Source of the DNA: a virus
Taxonomy: Duplodnaviria > Caudoviricetes
DNA length: 64,000 bases
IMG/VR virus record: IMGVR_UViG_2868227546_000002
Location: 2,976 to 66,975 of that record
Direction: 5' to 3' (one strand)
Shown here piece after piece: positions 28,005 through 37,774 of the stretch. Every line of letters starts with the position of its first letter. Position 1 is the stretch's first letter. The notes beneath the pieces were generated by a model. The model saw nothing but the letters and a program-made list of their open reading frames with translations, was not told where the DNA came from and searched no databases. Both the position numbers and the translations under genes were made by a program.

Positions 28005-28092
28005 TTGACAAAAATAAATAAAACATGGTATTATATACGTGTAGGTAAGCTACACGTTATTTATTTAAGCTAAGTCAGAAAGAGGTATCTAT
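28005..28092 (+). promoter_or_regulatory. early-type promoter plus conserved leader
   Basis: TTGACA-18-TATTAT, GTGTAG..CTACAC hairpin, GTTATTTAT (28056), SD GAGG. Confidence 0.8.
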
Positions 28093-28533
28093 ATGACAAA
28101 GAAAGAACTCGGCGATAAAATCAAATATATAGAACGAGAGTATTTGCTAACACTAGGAATATATCAATTAAGACGGCTTAATGAACTAATGGATACACTC
28201 AGCATTAGACATCCACAGTACGACCAGCTAGAAGGATTCATTGGGTTTGTAAACAGTAGACTGCAAGCGAACGAAGAACTAAAGAGTTATTTGCATTCGC
28301 TAACACCAAACAAAGATGTACTTGATGAGATATATTCAGCTGTAGAATGCAGATTTTATATTCATCTGAAAGATTCGTTCGTTCGTGGCGCAGAAGATTT
28401 TCTTGATACTATCAGCTGGAGACATCCACAGTATGACGCGCTGGAGGAAGCTATTAAGTTTGCATACGAGCAATGTGAACAGTGGGATGATTTGTTAAAC
28501 TACGTAGATTCAGAATTGGGTGGCTACTGTTAG
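28093..28533 (+). CDS. protein made of two tandem repeats
   Basis: TLSIRHPQYDQLEGFIGF and TISWRHPQYDALEEAIKF. Confidence 0.75.
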   Translation: MTKKELGDKIKYIEREYLLTLGIYQLRRLNELMDTLSIRHPQYDQLEGFIGFVNSRLQANEELKSYLHSLTPNKDVLDEIYSAVECRFYIHLKDSFVRGAEDFLDTISWRHPQYDALEEAIKFAYEQCEQWDDLLNYVDSELGGYC

Positions 28534-28580
28534 GAGTAGCTACTAAGGATAACGATTAGAATTATGTAAAAGGAGAATGA

Positions 28581-28982
28581 ATGATGAGTGAGTCTGTTGA
28601 TAAATTTGAGTTAGAAGCACATTATCTATATGAAAATACGCCCAGTAAAAACCGTAAACTACGGGCACTTCTGTATCCAACAGAGGTATATGACGCATTT
28701 AACAATCTCATAGAAAAAGGTGCAAAAAGACCTGCGACTGTTTGTGCTTCTATGTTGAGATATATTGAAAAGATTGAAACCAATGGATTTAGAGAACCTG
28801 CTGGAGATGTCGAACTGAAACCATACATTTTACACAATAAAAACAAAAATAAAAAGAGAGTCTCTGTATGTATTCCAGTGGAACTATTAGAGAGATTTGA
28901 GGGGTTAGATGTACCAACAAACAACACCTTAACATACACATTAGCTATGTATGATTACTTATTAAGTAAAGGGGAGATGTAG
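28581..28982 (+). CDS. putative ribbon-helix-helix DNA-binding protein
   Basis: KRVSVCIPVELLERFE strand-helix pattern. Confidence 0.45.
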   Translation: MMSESVDKFELEAHYLYENTPSKNRKLRALLYPTEVYDAFNNLIEKGAKRPATVCASMLRYIEKIETNGFREPAGDVELKPYILHNKNKNKKRVSVCIPVELLERFEGLDVPTNNTLTYTLAMYDYLLSKGEM

Positions 28983-28983
28983 T

Positions 28984-29349
28984 ATGACAAAAGGCGAAGA
29001 ACGAGCGGTTATTTTGAAGAATTGCAAGCAAAAAACAAAAATGTGCTTACTAACTGTACCAAAAAAACTAAAGGATTTGGTTGCGAAAGTAAGCAACGGT
29101 ATTCCTGGAACGCAAGCAGTAATTATTGCTATGTGTGAGTACTTAGATGATGAGAATAGCAACACCAGCAATTCCGCAGATGTGGAGCTTAGAGCGATGA
29201 TTGAGTGGGAAATAGCAGAAGAAAAAACTAGATACACCATTAGACTTCCGATTAGCTTAGTGGAAGAATTTTTCAGTTATAACCCCGAAAAGACTAGCAC
29301 AGTAAAATATAATGAAGCTCTTTGGGGCTATGTGTTAAGGAGAAGTTAG
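28984..29349 (+). CDS. putative tandem RHH DNA-binding protein
   Basis: LLTVPKKLKDLV and YTIRLPISLVEEF. Confidence 0.45.
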   Translation: MTKGEERAVILKNCKQKTKMCLLTVPKKLKDLVAKVSNGIPGTQAVIIAMCEYLDDENSNTSNSADVELRAMIEWEIAEEKTRYTIRLPISLVEEFFSYNPEKTSTVKYNEALWGYVLRRS

Positions 29350-29526
29350 TAGCTATATTCCAATGATAGAATGTAACAAGAGTAAAAATATGATTCCAAA
29401 TTCAGCTGGTCTATTCTGTAAAAATGTAAAACAGAAATCACAGCATAACAAACTCTTTAGTGCGCTAAAGAAAATAAAACAAAAGAAATGCACCAAAAAG
29501 TATATAACTTTAGGTGCATTTTTAGT

Positions 29527-29841
29527 TTATTTAGTTACGTTTTTGTCTTGTTCTGAGTCTCCGTAGTAATTATTTGTGATGTATGTATTTTGATTGTTTT
29601 GCGTGTTGTCGCCACTTTGTTGAATTGTCTCAATATTGTTTTGAGTTGCTTCTCTTTGTCTTTCTAAAACATAAGAAATTAAAACATCACGAATAGCAAT
29701 ACTCATAGATTTTCCAACTGGAATAATTTTCAAAAAATCATCTCTTAGTGACGCTGGGATTCGTGGATGAATTGATACCAGCTGTTCATCTGTAGTGTAG
29801 TAATGATACATTTTTAAATATTCATAATCCAAATCTTCCAT
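29527..29841 (-). CDS. putative RHH DNA-binding protein with low-complexity Q/N tail
   Basis: SD GGAGG before ATG 29841; SIHPRIPASLRDDF...SMSIAIRDVL. Confidence 0.6.
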   Translation of the reverse strand: MEDLDYEYLKMYHYYTTDEQLVSIHPRIPASLRDDFLKIIPVGKSMSIAIRDVLISYVLERQREATQNNIETIQQSGDNTQNNQNTYITNNYYGDSEQDKNVTK

Positions 29842-30816
29842 AGATTCCTCCAAAAATCCAAAATCCAATATTCCAAATTTAAAAAACAGAAATTTAAAAA
29901 ATAAGAAGTAAAACCAAATTAATAAAACTGTAGAAATACTATTTGTTATAAATGCAGTATTTTAATCAATAAGGCTTCCCTAGTATTGTTGACGATAGAA
30001 TGTACCTATGGAGAAATAAACGTATGTAGAAAGGCTGCGTAGATAATTCTACAGGTTATTTTGCATTTACATATATCACAGGGTTATTTTATCGTGCTAT
30101 TATTGTCGTAAGGTTATTTTTTGCCTATATACAAGAACACCCCATTAGTTACCTAACGGGGGGAATCTTGCGTTATTTATAAGCCGTGGTTAATTCCACG
30201 CCAGAAAGGAAACGTACAAAGTTATAATCGTGATGGAAATGGAACACGATTATAACGTATCAGTACGTTACGTGTATATAATAACACAGTGAATATACTC
30301 TTGTCAATACTTCAATGATAAAAACTGAATGTTTTTGCCAAATATTTTTATATCAATAATTATTTCAATATTTGCTACACAAAAGTATTTAATTTGATGT
30401 ATCTTTAGACTAGCAGCATAGATGAATACCACAAGGGAAATATCTATCCGTGCTGGTGCTTGGTGAGACATCTATATAATTTTTACCAAGTGCGATATAC
30501 TATAGGTAAAAAATAAATCGTATATAGTTTTTAGAAATCACTATACGCTATGAATTTTTGATACCTCTATAGGATATATAGCACCCCTATATAGGCTATA
30601 TGATGCGCCCCTATAGGGAGTTTTCTAGCCTTATATATTGGCGACCCTCGAATTCTTTAGCGGACTAAAGAATTAATTAAATGTTTAACTAAATAGATTG
30701 GAAATTTTTTAAAATTTTGCTTGACTTTTTAGCTAATCCGTGATATTTAAATAATAACAATAAATATAGCTCACTTTAAACTTAGAAAAAAGCTATAAAT
30801 TTTTATAATTTATCTA

Positions 30817-30913
30817 TTGACAAATATATACAAGTGTGATATAATAAAAGTGTAGTAAGGAAGTACTACATAGTTATTTATAAAGCTGGTACACCAGCGG
30901 GAAGAGGTACACG
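30817..30913 (+). promoter_or_regulatory. early promoter plus conserved leader (unit 1)
   Basis: TTGACA-17-TATAAT; GTAGTA/TACTAC hairpin; GTTATTTAT (30873); GCTGG/CCAGC hairpin; SD. Confidence 0.9.
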
Positions 30914-31156
30914 ATGACAAAACAACAAATTAAAAAACAAGCGCAAGACTTCGCAATTCAAGTAATGACAATGCGCCACAATTATGATGAGGTTCAAGAG
31001 TTTATCAATAAGGCGGAGCTAGAATTGTTTGACGGCGAAAGTCTTGAGATTGCAGAGTTTACGGCGCGTAACTTATTCCCCGAAGATGAAAGCGACGCGT
31101 TGGACGATGAGCAATATTTGCTCAATTGCTTACAAGTAATTGAATACGCTTGCTAA
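30914..31156 (+). CDS. early acidic protein
   Basis: Monocistronic unit; terminator AGCGGTGG/CCACCGCT at ~31161-31196. Confidence 0.8.
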   Translation: MTKQQIKKQAQDFAIQVMTMRHNYDEVQEFINKAELELFDGESLEIAEFTARNLFPEDESDALDDEQYLLNCLQVIEYAC

Positions 31157-31278
31157 TATGTAGCGGTGGTTGCCTTATGGTTGCCACCGCTTTTTTGTAT
31201 CATATATATGAATACATGAGTATATAAATCAAACGATATAAACTCATAAAAAATATACAATATTTTATAATTTAAGTA

Positions 31279-31385
31279 TTGACAAAGTAATATAAACAAT
31301 GTATAATGTAATTAAAGATAAGGGCAAGAGAAAAGCCCTACAAGTTATTTATAAGCAGGGTAAACCTGCAGAAAGAAGGTACAAA
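31279..31385 (+). promoter_or_regulatory. early promoter plus conserved leader (unit 2)
   Basis: TTGACA-17-TATAAT; AGGGC/GCCCT hairpin; GTTATTTAT (31344); GCAGG/CCTGC hairpin. Confidence 0.9.
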
Positions 31386-31745
31386 ATGGAATTACAGGAA
31401 ATGACGGCAGAACAAACAGCCGTATACAACTACTTAATAAGTCAAGTTGACTATACAGCAGAAGAAGCAACGGAAACAATCGAGCGTGGAGAGTATTCTG
31501 TATTTGAAAATATCGAAAATGCTTTAGAATACTGGGCGAATGTAGAAGGATTTGAAATTCCAGCGGGCTACACGGCAGATGTAACTGAAATATGGTTAGG
31601 CAACTTAGAACACGACCACGATTTATTAGACAAGTCTCCATCTTTAGGCTTGAGATACTCCGACAATGAAAGTCGAGCGGAGTATATGCACCAGCTAGAA
31701 AACTGCTTGCATGAAAGCCGTATTATTTACCTATACAATCAATGA
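31386..31745 (+). CDS. acidic ArdA-like protein (putative DNA mimic)
   Basis: EQ..VY.YL.....Y..EEA.E....EYSVFE..E; paralogue of 31846. Confidence 0.5.
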   Translation: MELQEMTAEQTAVYNYLISQVDYTAEEATETIERGEYSVFENIENALEYWANVEGFEIPAGYTADVTEIWLGNLEHDHDLLDKSPSLGLRYSDNESRAEYMHQLENCLHESRIIYLYNQ

Positions 31746-31845
31746 TATAAAAGCGGTATCCGCCGCCAGCACGTCAAGCGGTTAGGCGGTGGAATGTATT
31801 AAATAGTTATTTATTTAAGCCAATATATACGGCAGGAGGTTTATA

Positions 31846-32220
31846 ATGGATTTTGAAAAATTAGATACAGAACAAAAGGAAGTTTATAGTTGCTTGGTCG
31901 ACTCTATAGGCTATGATGAAGATGAAGCCTATGAGATAGTATCAGAATATGAGTATTCTCTATATGATAGTTTTGAAGATTTTATATATAACTCTATAGA
32001 ATCTAACGGCTGGAATATTCCCGACTTTATAGAGTTTGATTTTGTTGGGATGTGGTTGCATACATTCTCACAATACTATAGCCAGTACAACTTTATAGAC
32101 TACCCAAATTTCAAACGCAGTCCGAATTACCTATATAAAGACGAGCCAGAATATAAACATTGGAAGTTTTATTTTCTTGATATAATCAAAGATAGTAGAT
32201 TCTTAGAAGTACATAGATAA
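31846..32220 (+). CDS. acidic ArdA-like protein (putative DNA mimic)
   Basis: GYDEDEAYEIVSEYEYSLYDSFEDFIYNSIESNGWNIPDFIEFDF resembles the ArdA C-terminal consensus. Confidence 0.55.
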   Translation: MDFEKLDTEQKEVYSCLVDSIGYDEDEAYEIVSEYEYSLYDSFEDFIYNSIESNGWNIPDFIEFDFVGMWLHTFSQYYSQYNFIDYPNFKRSPNYLYKDEPEYKHWKFYFLDIIKDSRFLEVHR

Positions 32221-32232
32221 GGGGGCGAAGAA

Positions 32233-32532
32233 ATGACTAAAAAAGAACATCAAGAAATAATAAACAATATTAAAAACCAAATAGAAGAAAAAGCCTATCG
32301 AACAAACAACAATATAGAATCATACTTTGTAGACTTTGACGGATTGGCGATACTGGAAGAATTACATACGATTGTAAAAGACCTATCGTTTTGTACTACT
32401 GGTATACACCCGTGGCGTGATACGTTTGATAAAATGGAGCGTATGCTGGAGGATATAAAAGAGGAAATTCAAGACCTAAAGTATGACGTAATAACAGAAG
32501 TACAAGAATTTCTTGATGATATCAACGTTTAG
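32233..32532 (+). CDS. early acidic helical protein
   Basis: SD GGGGG; terminator CGGCGGG/CCCGCCG at ~32617-32645. Confidence 0.75.
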   Translation: MTKKEHQEIINNIKNQIEEKAYRTNNNIESYFVDFDGLAILEELHTIVKDLSFCTTGIHPWRDTFDKMERMLEDIKEEIQDLKYDVITEVQEFLDDINV

Positions 32533-32684
32533 GCGGTGAAGCATGCTGAGTCTATTTATAGTGTGGTTGATGTACCAGTATACAAACAGCAGATAAAACA
32601 AATCAAAAGAGATACAACGGCGGGAATACACCCCGCCGTTTTTCTATTGTCAATAAAAATAAATAATATTTTATATATTTAGTA

Positions 32685-32780
32685 TTGACGAAGTATAATA
32701 AAAGATGTATACTATAAGTGTAGTAAGGAATGGTACTACATAGTTATTTATAGCAGGTGTAACCCTGCGGGAGGTATCAC
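32685..32780 (+). promoter_or_regulatory. early promoter plus conserved leader (unit 3)
   Basis: TTGACG-17-TATACT; GTAGTA/TACTAC; GTTATTTAT (32743); GCAGG/CCTGC; SD GGGAGG. Confidence 0.9.
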
Positions 32781-33020
32781 ATGGAAACAATCACAATTAA
32801 TAGAAGCGAACTTTTAAAAACTATCGTGGAGAGACTAGTTAAAGCAGATAAGTGGCTAGAGGAAGCTAGAAAAGAAGATGGAACTATTAATACGGATTGC
32901 TTAGCATTTGTTGAGTTTGCAAGAAGTTCAACAATAGCAGACGCATATATTGAATTGGGAGGCTTTACAGATTGGGAAGTTGCTGACGCTGTGGAAGAGT
33001 TAGAAAAGGCGGAGGCGTAA
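32781..33020 (+). CDS. early acidic protein
   Basis: Follows the unit 3 leader. Confidence 0.8.
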   Translation: METITINRSELLKTIVERLVKADKWLEEARKEDGTINTDCLAFVEFARSSTIADAYIELGGFTDWEVADAVEELEKAEA

Positions 33021-33024
33021 AGTC

Positions 33025-33618
33025 ATGGAATACAACTATATGGAATTAACAATAAGCATTCACGGCAGACCATTCTTTTATAGAGTGAGAAACGACCACA
33101 ACAGCTATATTATTACACTACATCATATTATTGATGGTGTATATAAATATGCTGGCGTTGACTTCGGTATTATTTTAGAGGGTGAAATAGAAAAAGAAAT
33201 CAAAGAGAACGCGAACGATGAAAATTATACACCGTTCCCGACCCTTGAAATGTTTAAAGAATTAGGGGAGGAACTTGTTATAAGCGGTTGTGATGTATTT
33301 CCTGTGCGTTACCAGTTCGACAACTTGCGGGACTTTGTAGACTATCTAAGAAAATTCCCGCTTGAGATTGTCAAAGTAAACAAATACAATATATATACTT
33401 TAGAGGGGAAAAGCATTTATAGAGTTTTTTACGTTGATGAGTTTAGCGACTACGGTTATAGTTTAATTTGTGAAATCCAATCAGAAATAAACGATGAAAA
33501 TTTATATAATGAATTGGATAGTATCAATACAGATAATGCCGTAGAAATAATACTTGGTGGAATTAAACAAGTATTAGCACGTTACGGCTACAAGCTAACA
33601 GAAATGATTCCACATTAA
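33025..33618 (+). CDS. early acidic protein
   Basis: 197 aa; terminator ACGGCGGT/ACCGCCGT at ~33624-33658. Confidence 0.75.
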   Translation: MEYNYMELTISIHGRPFFYRVRNDHNSYIITLHHIIDGVYKYAGVDFGIILEGEIEKEIKENANDENYTPFPTLEMFKELGEELVISGCDVFPVRYQFDNLRDFVDYLRKFPLEIVKVNKYNIYTLEGKSIYRVFYVDEFSDYGYSLICEIQSEINDENLYNELDSINTDNAVEIILGGIKQVLARYGYKLTEMIPH

Positions 33619-33725
33619 TTACAACGGCGGTTAGTCCTACAGATTGACCGCCGTTATTGTCGCCAGCTTGCAAGCTGTTGTATAATATAATCGTAAACAA
33701 TCTGTAAGTTTTTATAATATAGATA

Positions 33726-33835
33726 TTGACAATTAGACATAACTGTAGTATACTGTAATTAAAGATAGGACATCAATTGATACCATACATGTTATTTATA
33801 AGTGCTGAAACATACCAGCAGAAAAGAGGTGCACG
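33726..33835 (+). promoter_or_regulatory. early promoter plus conserved leader (unit 4)
   Basis: TTGACA-17-TATACT; GTTATTTAT (33791); GCTG/CAGC hairpin; SD GAGG. Confidence 0.85.
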
Positions 33836-34156
33836 ATGGATATAGTAATAAACCTAAATATGACTAATAGCCAAATATTGGCAATCGTTCAAAGTATAAC
33901 AATTGGTAAAATAGACTTTGACAGCCTTAATCGGGAAGATTCAAACGATGTTTTATACATCATGAATCAAGCATATAAAACAATATTGTTAGAGGTTGAG
34001 AATTTAAGAATACGATTGTCAAACCCCGACTATTCAGCCGATTATATTCGCAGTGGGATTCAGTCGGGGGAGTATGATTTTATAATGAATCTAACCACGA
34101 CAAGAAACAATAGCCCCGCGAACTTTGGTAATTATTTTGTAAAATTAAGAGAATAA
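33836..34156 (+). CDS. early hypothetical protein
   Basis: Terminator GCGGTAACA/TGTTACCGC at ~34162-34193. Confidence 0.75.
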   Translation: MDIVINLNMTNSQILAIVQSITIGKIDFDSLNREDSNDVLYIMNQAYKTILLEVENLRIRLSNPDYSADYIRSGIQSGEYDFIMNLTTTRNNSPANFGNYFVKLRE

Positions 34157-34492
34157 AAACGGCGGTAACAGTCAATAAGATTGTTACCGCTTTGTTATAT
34201 CATATACATGAATACATGATAATATATCATAATGATGTACGATACAGCAGTATTCTCATTTAGATAAAACATTCTCAAATACAAAACTCTCTTATTTGTG
34301 TTATAAGGCTTATGACGGCTGTTTTAGGTATCATTATATTAGGCGACTATAGAACGCCTTATAGAGTGTATCGGGCACATTATAGCAAATATGATATATC
34401 ATTCATGTAATAACTATAGCATAAATAGTCTATAGGGTGGGTTTTATAGATTTAATCTATATAATGTTACATTAGTTTTTATAACTTCAGTA

Positions 34493-34593
34493 TTGACAAA
34501 AGTATATAATAATGATATACTATAGATGTAGTAAGGAATGGTACTACATGAGTTATTTATAGGGCTGGTGCATACCAGCAGAAAGAGTATAAT
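34493..34593 (+). promoter_or_regulatory. early promoter plus conserved leader (unit 5)
   Basis: TTGACA-17-TATACT; ATGTAGTA/TACTACAT; GTTATTTAT (34552); GCTGG/CCAGC. Confidence 0.9.
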
Positions 34594-35187
34594 ATGGAAA
34601 TTCAAACAATTGAACAAACTTTATACGAAATCTTGCCAGCACATTCAGTACGTGAAATGGTTGAGCAATACAACGGCGACCCGTTCAAGGCGTTATTTAC
34701 AGCAGATATTTCTGAATGGAAAAACACAAAAGGAATAGGCTCAGCAGGACTTCGCAAGGTTAAGGCTTTGAAAGCAATCATTAACGGCTTTCAAGAAAAA
34801 AGAACGAAAGAGCTTATAGACGCCTCAACACCCGAAGCCGTATACAATACAATGCTTGACATGCAGTATTTACAAGTGGAGCAATTTCGAGCGGTATTCT
34901 TAAATGTGAAAAACAAAATAATAAAAACTGTTACTATTTCAAGCGGTGGATTGATGGGGTCAGTGGCAGAACAACGGAGTTTATTCCGTGAAGCAATCAA
35001 GGCTAACGCTGGGGCTATTATCCTTGTACATAACCATCCATCGGGAGACCCTACAGAGAGTGCTGATGATGTACGAGTAACTAAAATTATGGTAAAAGCT
35101 GGGGAAGTGATGGGAATACCAGTATTAGACCATGTTATTATAGGCGATGGGGTATACACCAGTTTATGCGAAAAAGGTATCATATAG
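34594..35187 (+). CDS. radC: RadC/JAB-domain protein
   Basis: HhH-like KGIG, EQFRAVFLN.KN, HNHPSGDPTES.DD, LDHVIIG. Confidence 0.95.
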   Translation: MEIQTIEQTLYEILPAHSVREMVEQYNGDPFKALFTADISEWKNTKGIGSAGLRKVKALKAIINGFQEKRTKELIDASTPEAVYNTMLDMQYLQVEQFRAVFLNVKNKIIKTVTISSGGLMGSVAEQRSLFREAIKANAGAIILVHNHPSGDPTESADDVRVTKIMVKAGEVMGIPVLDHVIIGDGVYTSLCEKGII

Positions 35188-35279
35188 GACGAAAAACAAG
35201 CGGTATTATTACCGCTTGTTTTTATGTCTACACATATAGAATCAATAAAAAAATATTACTATCTTTTATATATTAAGTA

Positions 35280-35383
35280 TTGACAAAGTAGCATAAATAA
35301 TGTATAATATAATTAAAGATAAGGCAATAGAGAAATTGACAAAGGTTATTTATAAGCAGGGCAAGACCTGCGGGAGGTATCAG
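35280..35383 (+). promoter_or_regulatory. early promoter plus conserved leader (unit 6)
   Basis: TTGACA-17-TATAAT; GTTATTTAT (35345); GCAGG/CCTGC; SD GGGAGG. Confidence 0.9.
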
Positions 35384-35695
35384 ATGGGGAAAATGACAAA
35401 AAGAGATAAAACGCTAGAAAGAAAGGGAAGGATTGCAAATATAAAATTGAAATACTACTACAATAAAATAAAAGTAGTAGAAGATAAAATAAAAGCCTTG
35501 CATGTAATCGACTACGGCGACTATTTTTGGCAGTATCGAGACGCAAAGCTTGATTATTTTTGGTGTGGCTTTGAGTTTGAATTGACTCCATACGGTCGGG
35601 AGTGTTTAGAACAAGGAATCCGAGACGAGTATTACGAATTTATAGAATACTTGTACGAAACGGGTCACTGTGTGCGTTGGCAACGTTCTAAATAA
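35384..35695 (+). CDS. early hypothetical protein
   Basis: ATG 35384 after the SD. Confidence 0.75.
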   Translation: MGKMTKRDKTLERKGRIANIKLKYYYNKIKVVEDKIKALHVIDYGDYFWQYRDAKLDYFWCGFEFELTPYGRECLEQGIRDEYYEFIEYLYETGHCVRWQRSK

Positions 35696-35710
35696 GTTTG
35701 GAGGTATAAG

Positions 35711-36217
35711 ATGAAAACTTTGGTAAAATTCAACAAGAAAAGAACTATCTGCTGTTTCACGTTTCACGCTGGATGGTTCGGAGAGTTCTCCGACTGTGGC
35801 GAACTTGTAAAAGTATACGCCTATCCGTATGTAAACTATAACAGCCGAGAGAGGTCGGCTACATGGAATGCATGTAGAATATTTACAAGGAAATTTGATA
35901 CGCTTATGACTAACTGGGAGTACAGGGAAAAACTTCCATCTATTGTATGTTGGCACTTTGACAATATCACAAAGTATAGAAAGCGTTGTTATATCGAAAA
36001 CCTAAGAGCGGGATACGTAGGGGGAAACATGGAAATAAAAAACATTGATATTAATCAAATTATAAAAAAGTATCATGAAAACATGGAGACGGCAGAAAGA
36101 GCGTATAAAATATATGAAGATGAGATGAGTTTGAATGAACTACATGTACATCATTATTGCATAGGAAAAGCGCATATGCTATATGAATTGTTTAACTTAA
36201 AAGAATACGGGTTGTAA
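35711..36217 (+). CDS. early hypothetical protein with a probable internal start at 36029
   Basis: SD GGAGG; internal GGGGG-ATG; terminator AGAGGTATC/GATACCTCT after the stop. Confidence 0.65.
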   Translation: MKTLVKFNKKRTICCFTFHAGWFGEFSDCGELVKVYAYPYVNYNSRERSATWNACRIFTRKFDTLMTNWEYREKLPSIVCWHFDNITKYRKRCYIENLRAGYVGGNMEIKNIDINQIIKKYHENMETAERAYKIYEDEMSLNELHVHHYCIGKAHMLYELFNLKEYGL

Positions 36218-36883
36218 TATTCTAAAGAGGTATCATAAAGATACCTCTATTTTATTTACCCTATTGAATTGCACACAATGTATTATACTACACGATACAC
36301 ACAAATGATACACCAGTAGTGACCGCCTATAGACTCAAGTACAATAGAATAACTATAGTTACACTCTACCATGCCAGCAGGTGGACTATATCAAATAGTA
36401 TAAATCAAATATATAAAATCTATAAAATAGAAATCATGTGAACTATACTCATGATAGTCAATAGGCTAGTATGGTAGATTGGTTCACATTGATATTACTA
36501 TAGATTGTAACAGCAGGGGAAACGATAGGAGCAATCAACGTGATAGGGTCAATAGGCTATGCGGTAGGTTATTAACTATCTGTTGTGGTCGCTGGGTTGG
36601 TGTCGTTGGGTTGTTACTGCTTGGGGTTTGGCTTGAGGATAATAGTTTTCCATTGCTGTTATTGGCTACCACTCTGAAATACTTTAGTACACTAAAGAAT
36701 TAAAGAACTAAAGAAAACTGTTATTGCAAATAGGGTTTTCTAATCATTAGAAATACTAATAGATATATAAGTTTTGCTTATCCAGTCTTTGGCGCTGGTA
36801 TCGTATCGTTTATTCTCAAGATTATAACTTATTGATAATCTAGTAAATATAATAACATTGTATTGACTACAGTAGGGCGGTGG

Positions 36884-37639
36884 GGGTATGCCTTGGATAC
36901 CCTATAGGGGTATACCGTGGGTAATAAATCGACAATCCAAAATATGTTCATATGAGCATGCGGCGGCGGTATTATTCACGCTCCATCCTCAAGCCCCATC
37001 CACTAGTCAAAACATACCGTTACAATCCATTCGACCACCCTACAGACTAATCACTAGCCACATCAAATAGATTTACTATCACTTGGATATAACATCACCC
37101 CGTTATTTGCATACTACAGCCGTTTATAACTATCGTATATCGTAAGCAGTAATAATCAATAGGGGTATACGGTGGACGTATCAATAGTCTATCACGTGGG
37201 TATATCATGTAGTTTGTCAGTATAGATAACTGATAGATAGATATACTGTAGCTGGAAACTGGTGGCGTTTGTCTGTTGATAACACTATAGTATCACAAGT
37301 CTTTAGCAGGTATCAATCTATTAGAAGCTGGGTGAGTTCACTTCTAATGAATACTGAAAGATAACCTAACGCGGGTATCTATTCGTATACCCATATGACA
37401 GTACATTTTAAGTATGTATCATAGGGGTATATCGTTGAATGTACAATATTGAGTGATGACCCCCTATCTTGTTTTACATATGACAAAATCAGAATGAAAA
37501 ATATGGGTATGTTTTTGTCTGTTGATAGTCTAAATAAATGGTAGTCAGATAATGCACTCTATAGGGGTATATCGTTCGACTAGTCAAAGTAAAAACAGGG
37601 GTATATTTTAGTCACGAAAAAATACAGAGATGTGGGTAT
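36884..37639. repeat. cluster of 10 same-strand GGGTAT motifs, candidate packaging/terminus region
   Basis: 36884, 36908, 37163, 37198, 37373, 37425, 37505, 37565, 37599, 37634; ATAGGGGTATATCGTT exact at 37421 and 37561. Confidence 0.7.
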
Positions 37640-37774
37640 ATTTCTGATTTTCAAGTCAAGATTTTCTGTATGTGTTTTTCTAAAGAATATAGTCAGATTT
37701 AGGTTAAAAACATCTTAATATTATACAATTCGTGTAAAAATAAGATAAAAATCAATACTTTATCAAACTTTTTG

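Noticed and set aside
31299-31385. N-terminal extensions MYN(V/I)IKDK...VIYKQGK of ORFs 31299 and 35300, and ORF 34538-34738
   Set aside because: These are translations of the shared promoter/leader DNA; true starts follow the SDs at 31386, 35384 and 34594.
36479-37070. ORFs 36479-36703 and 36888-37070
   Set aside because: No SD, atypical composition, and they lie in the repeat-rich putative terminus region.
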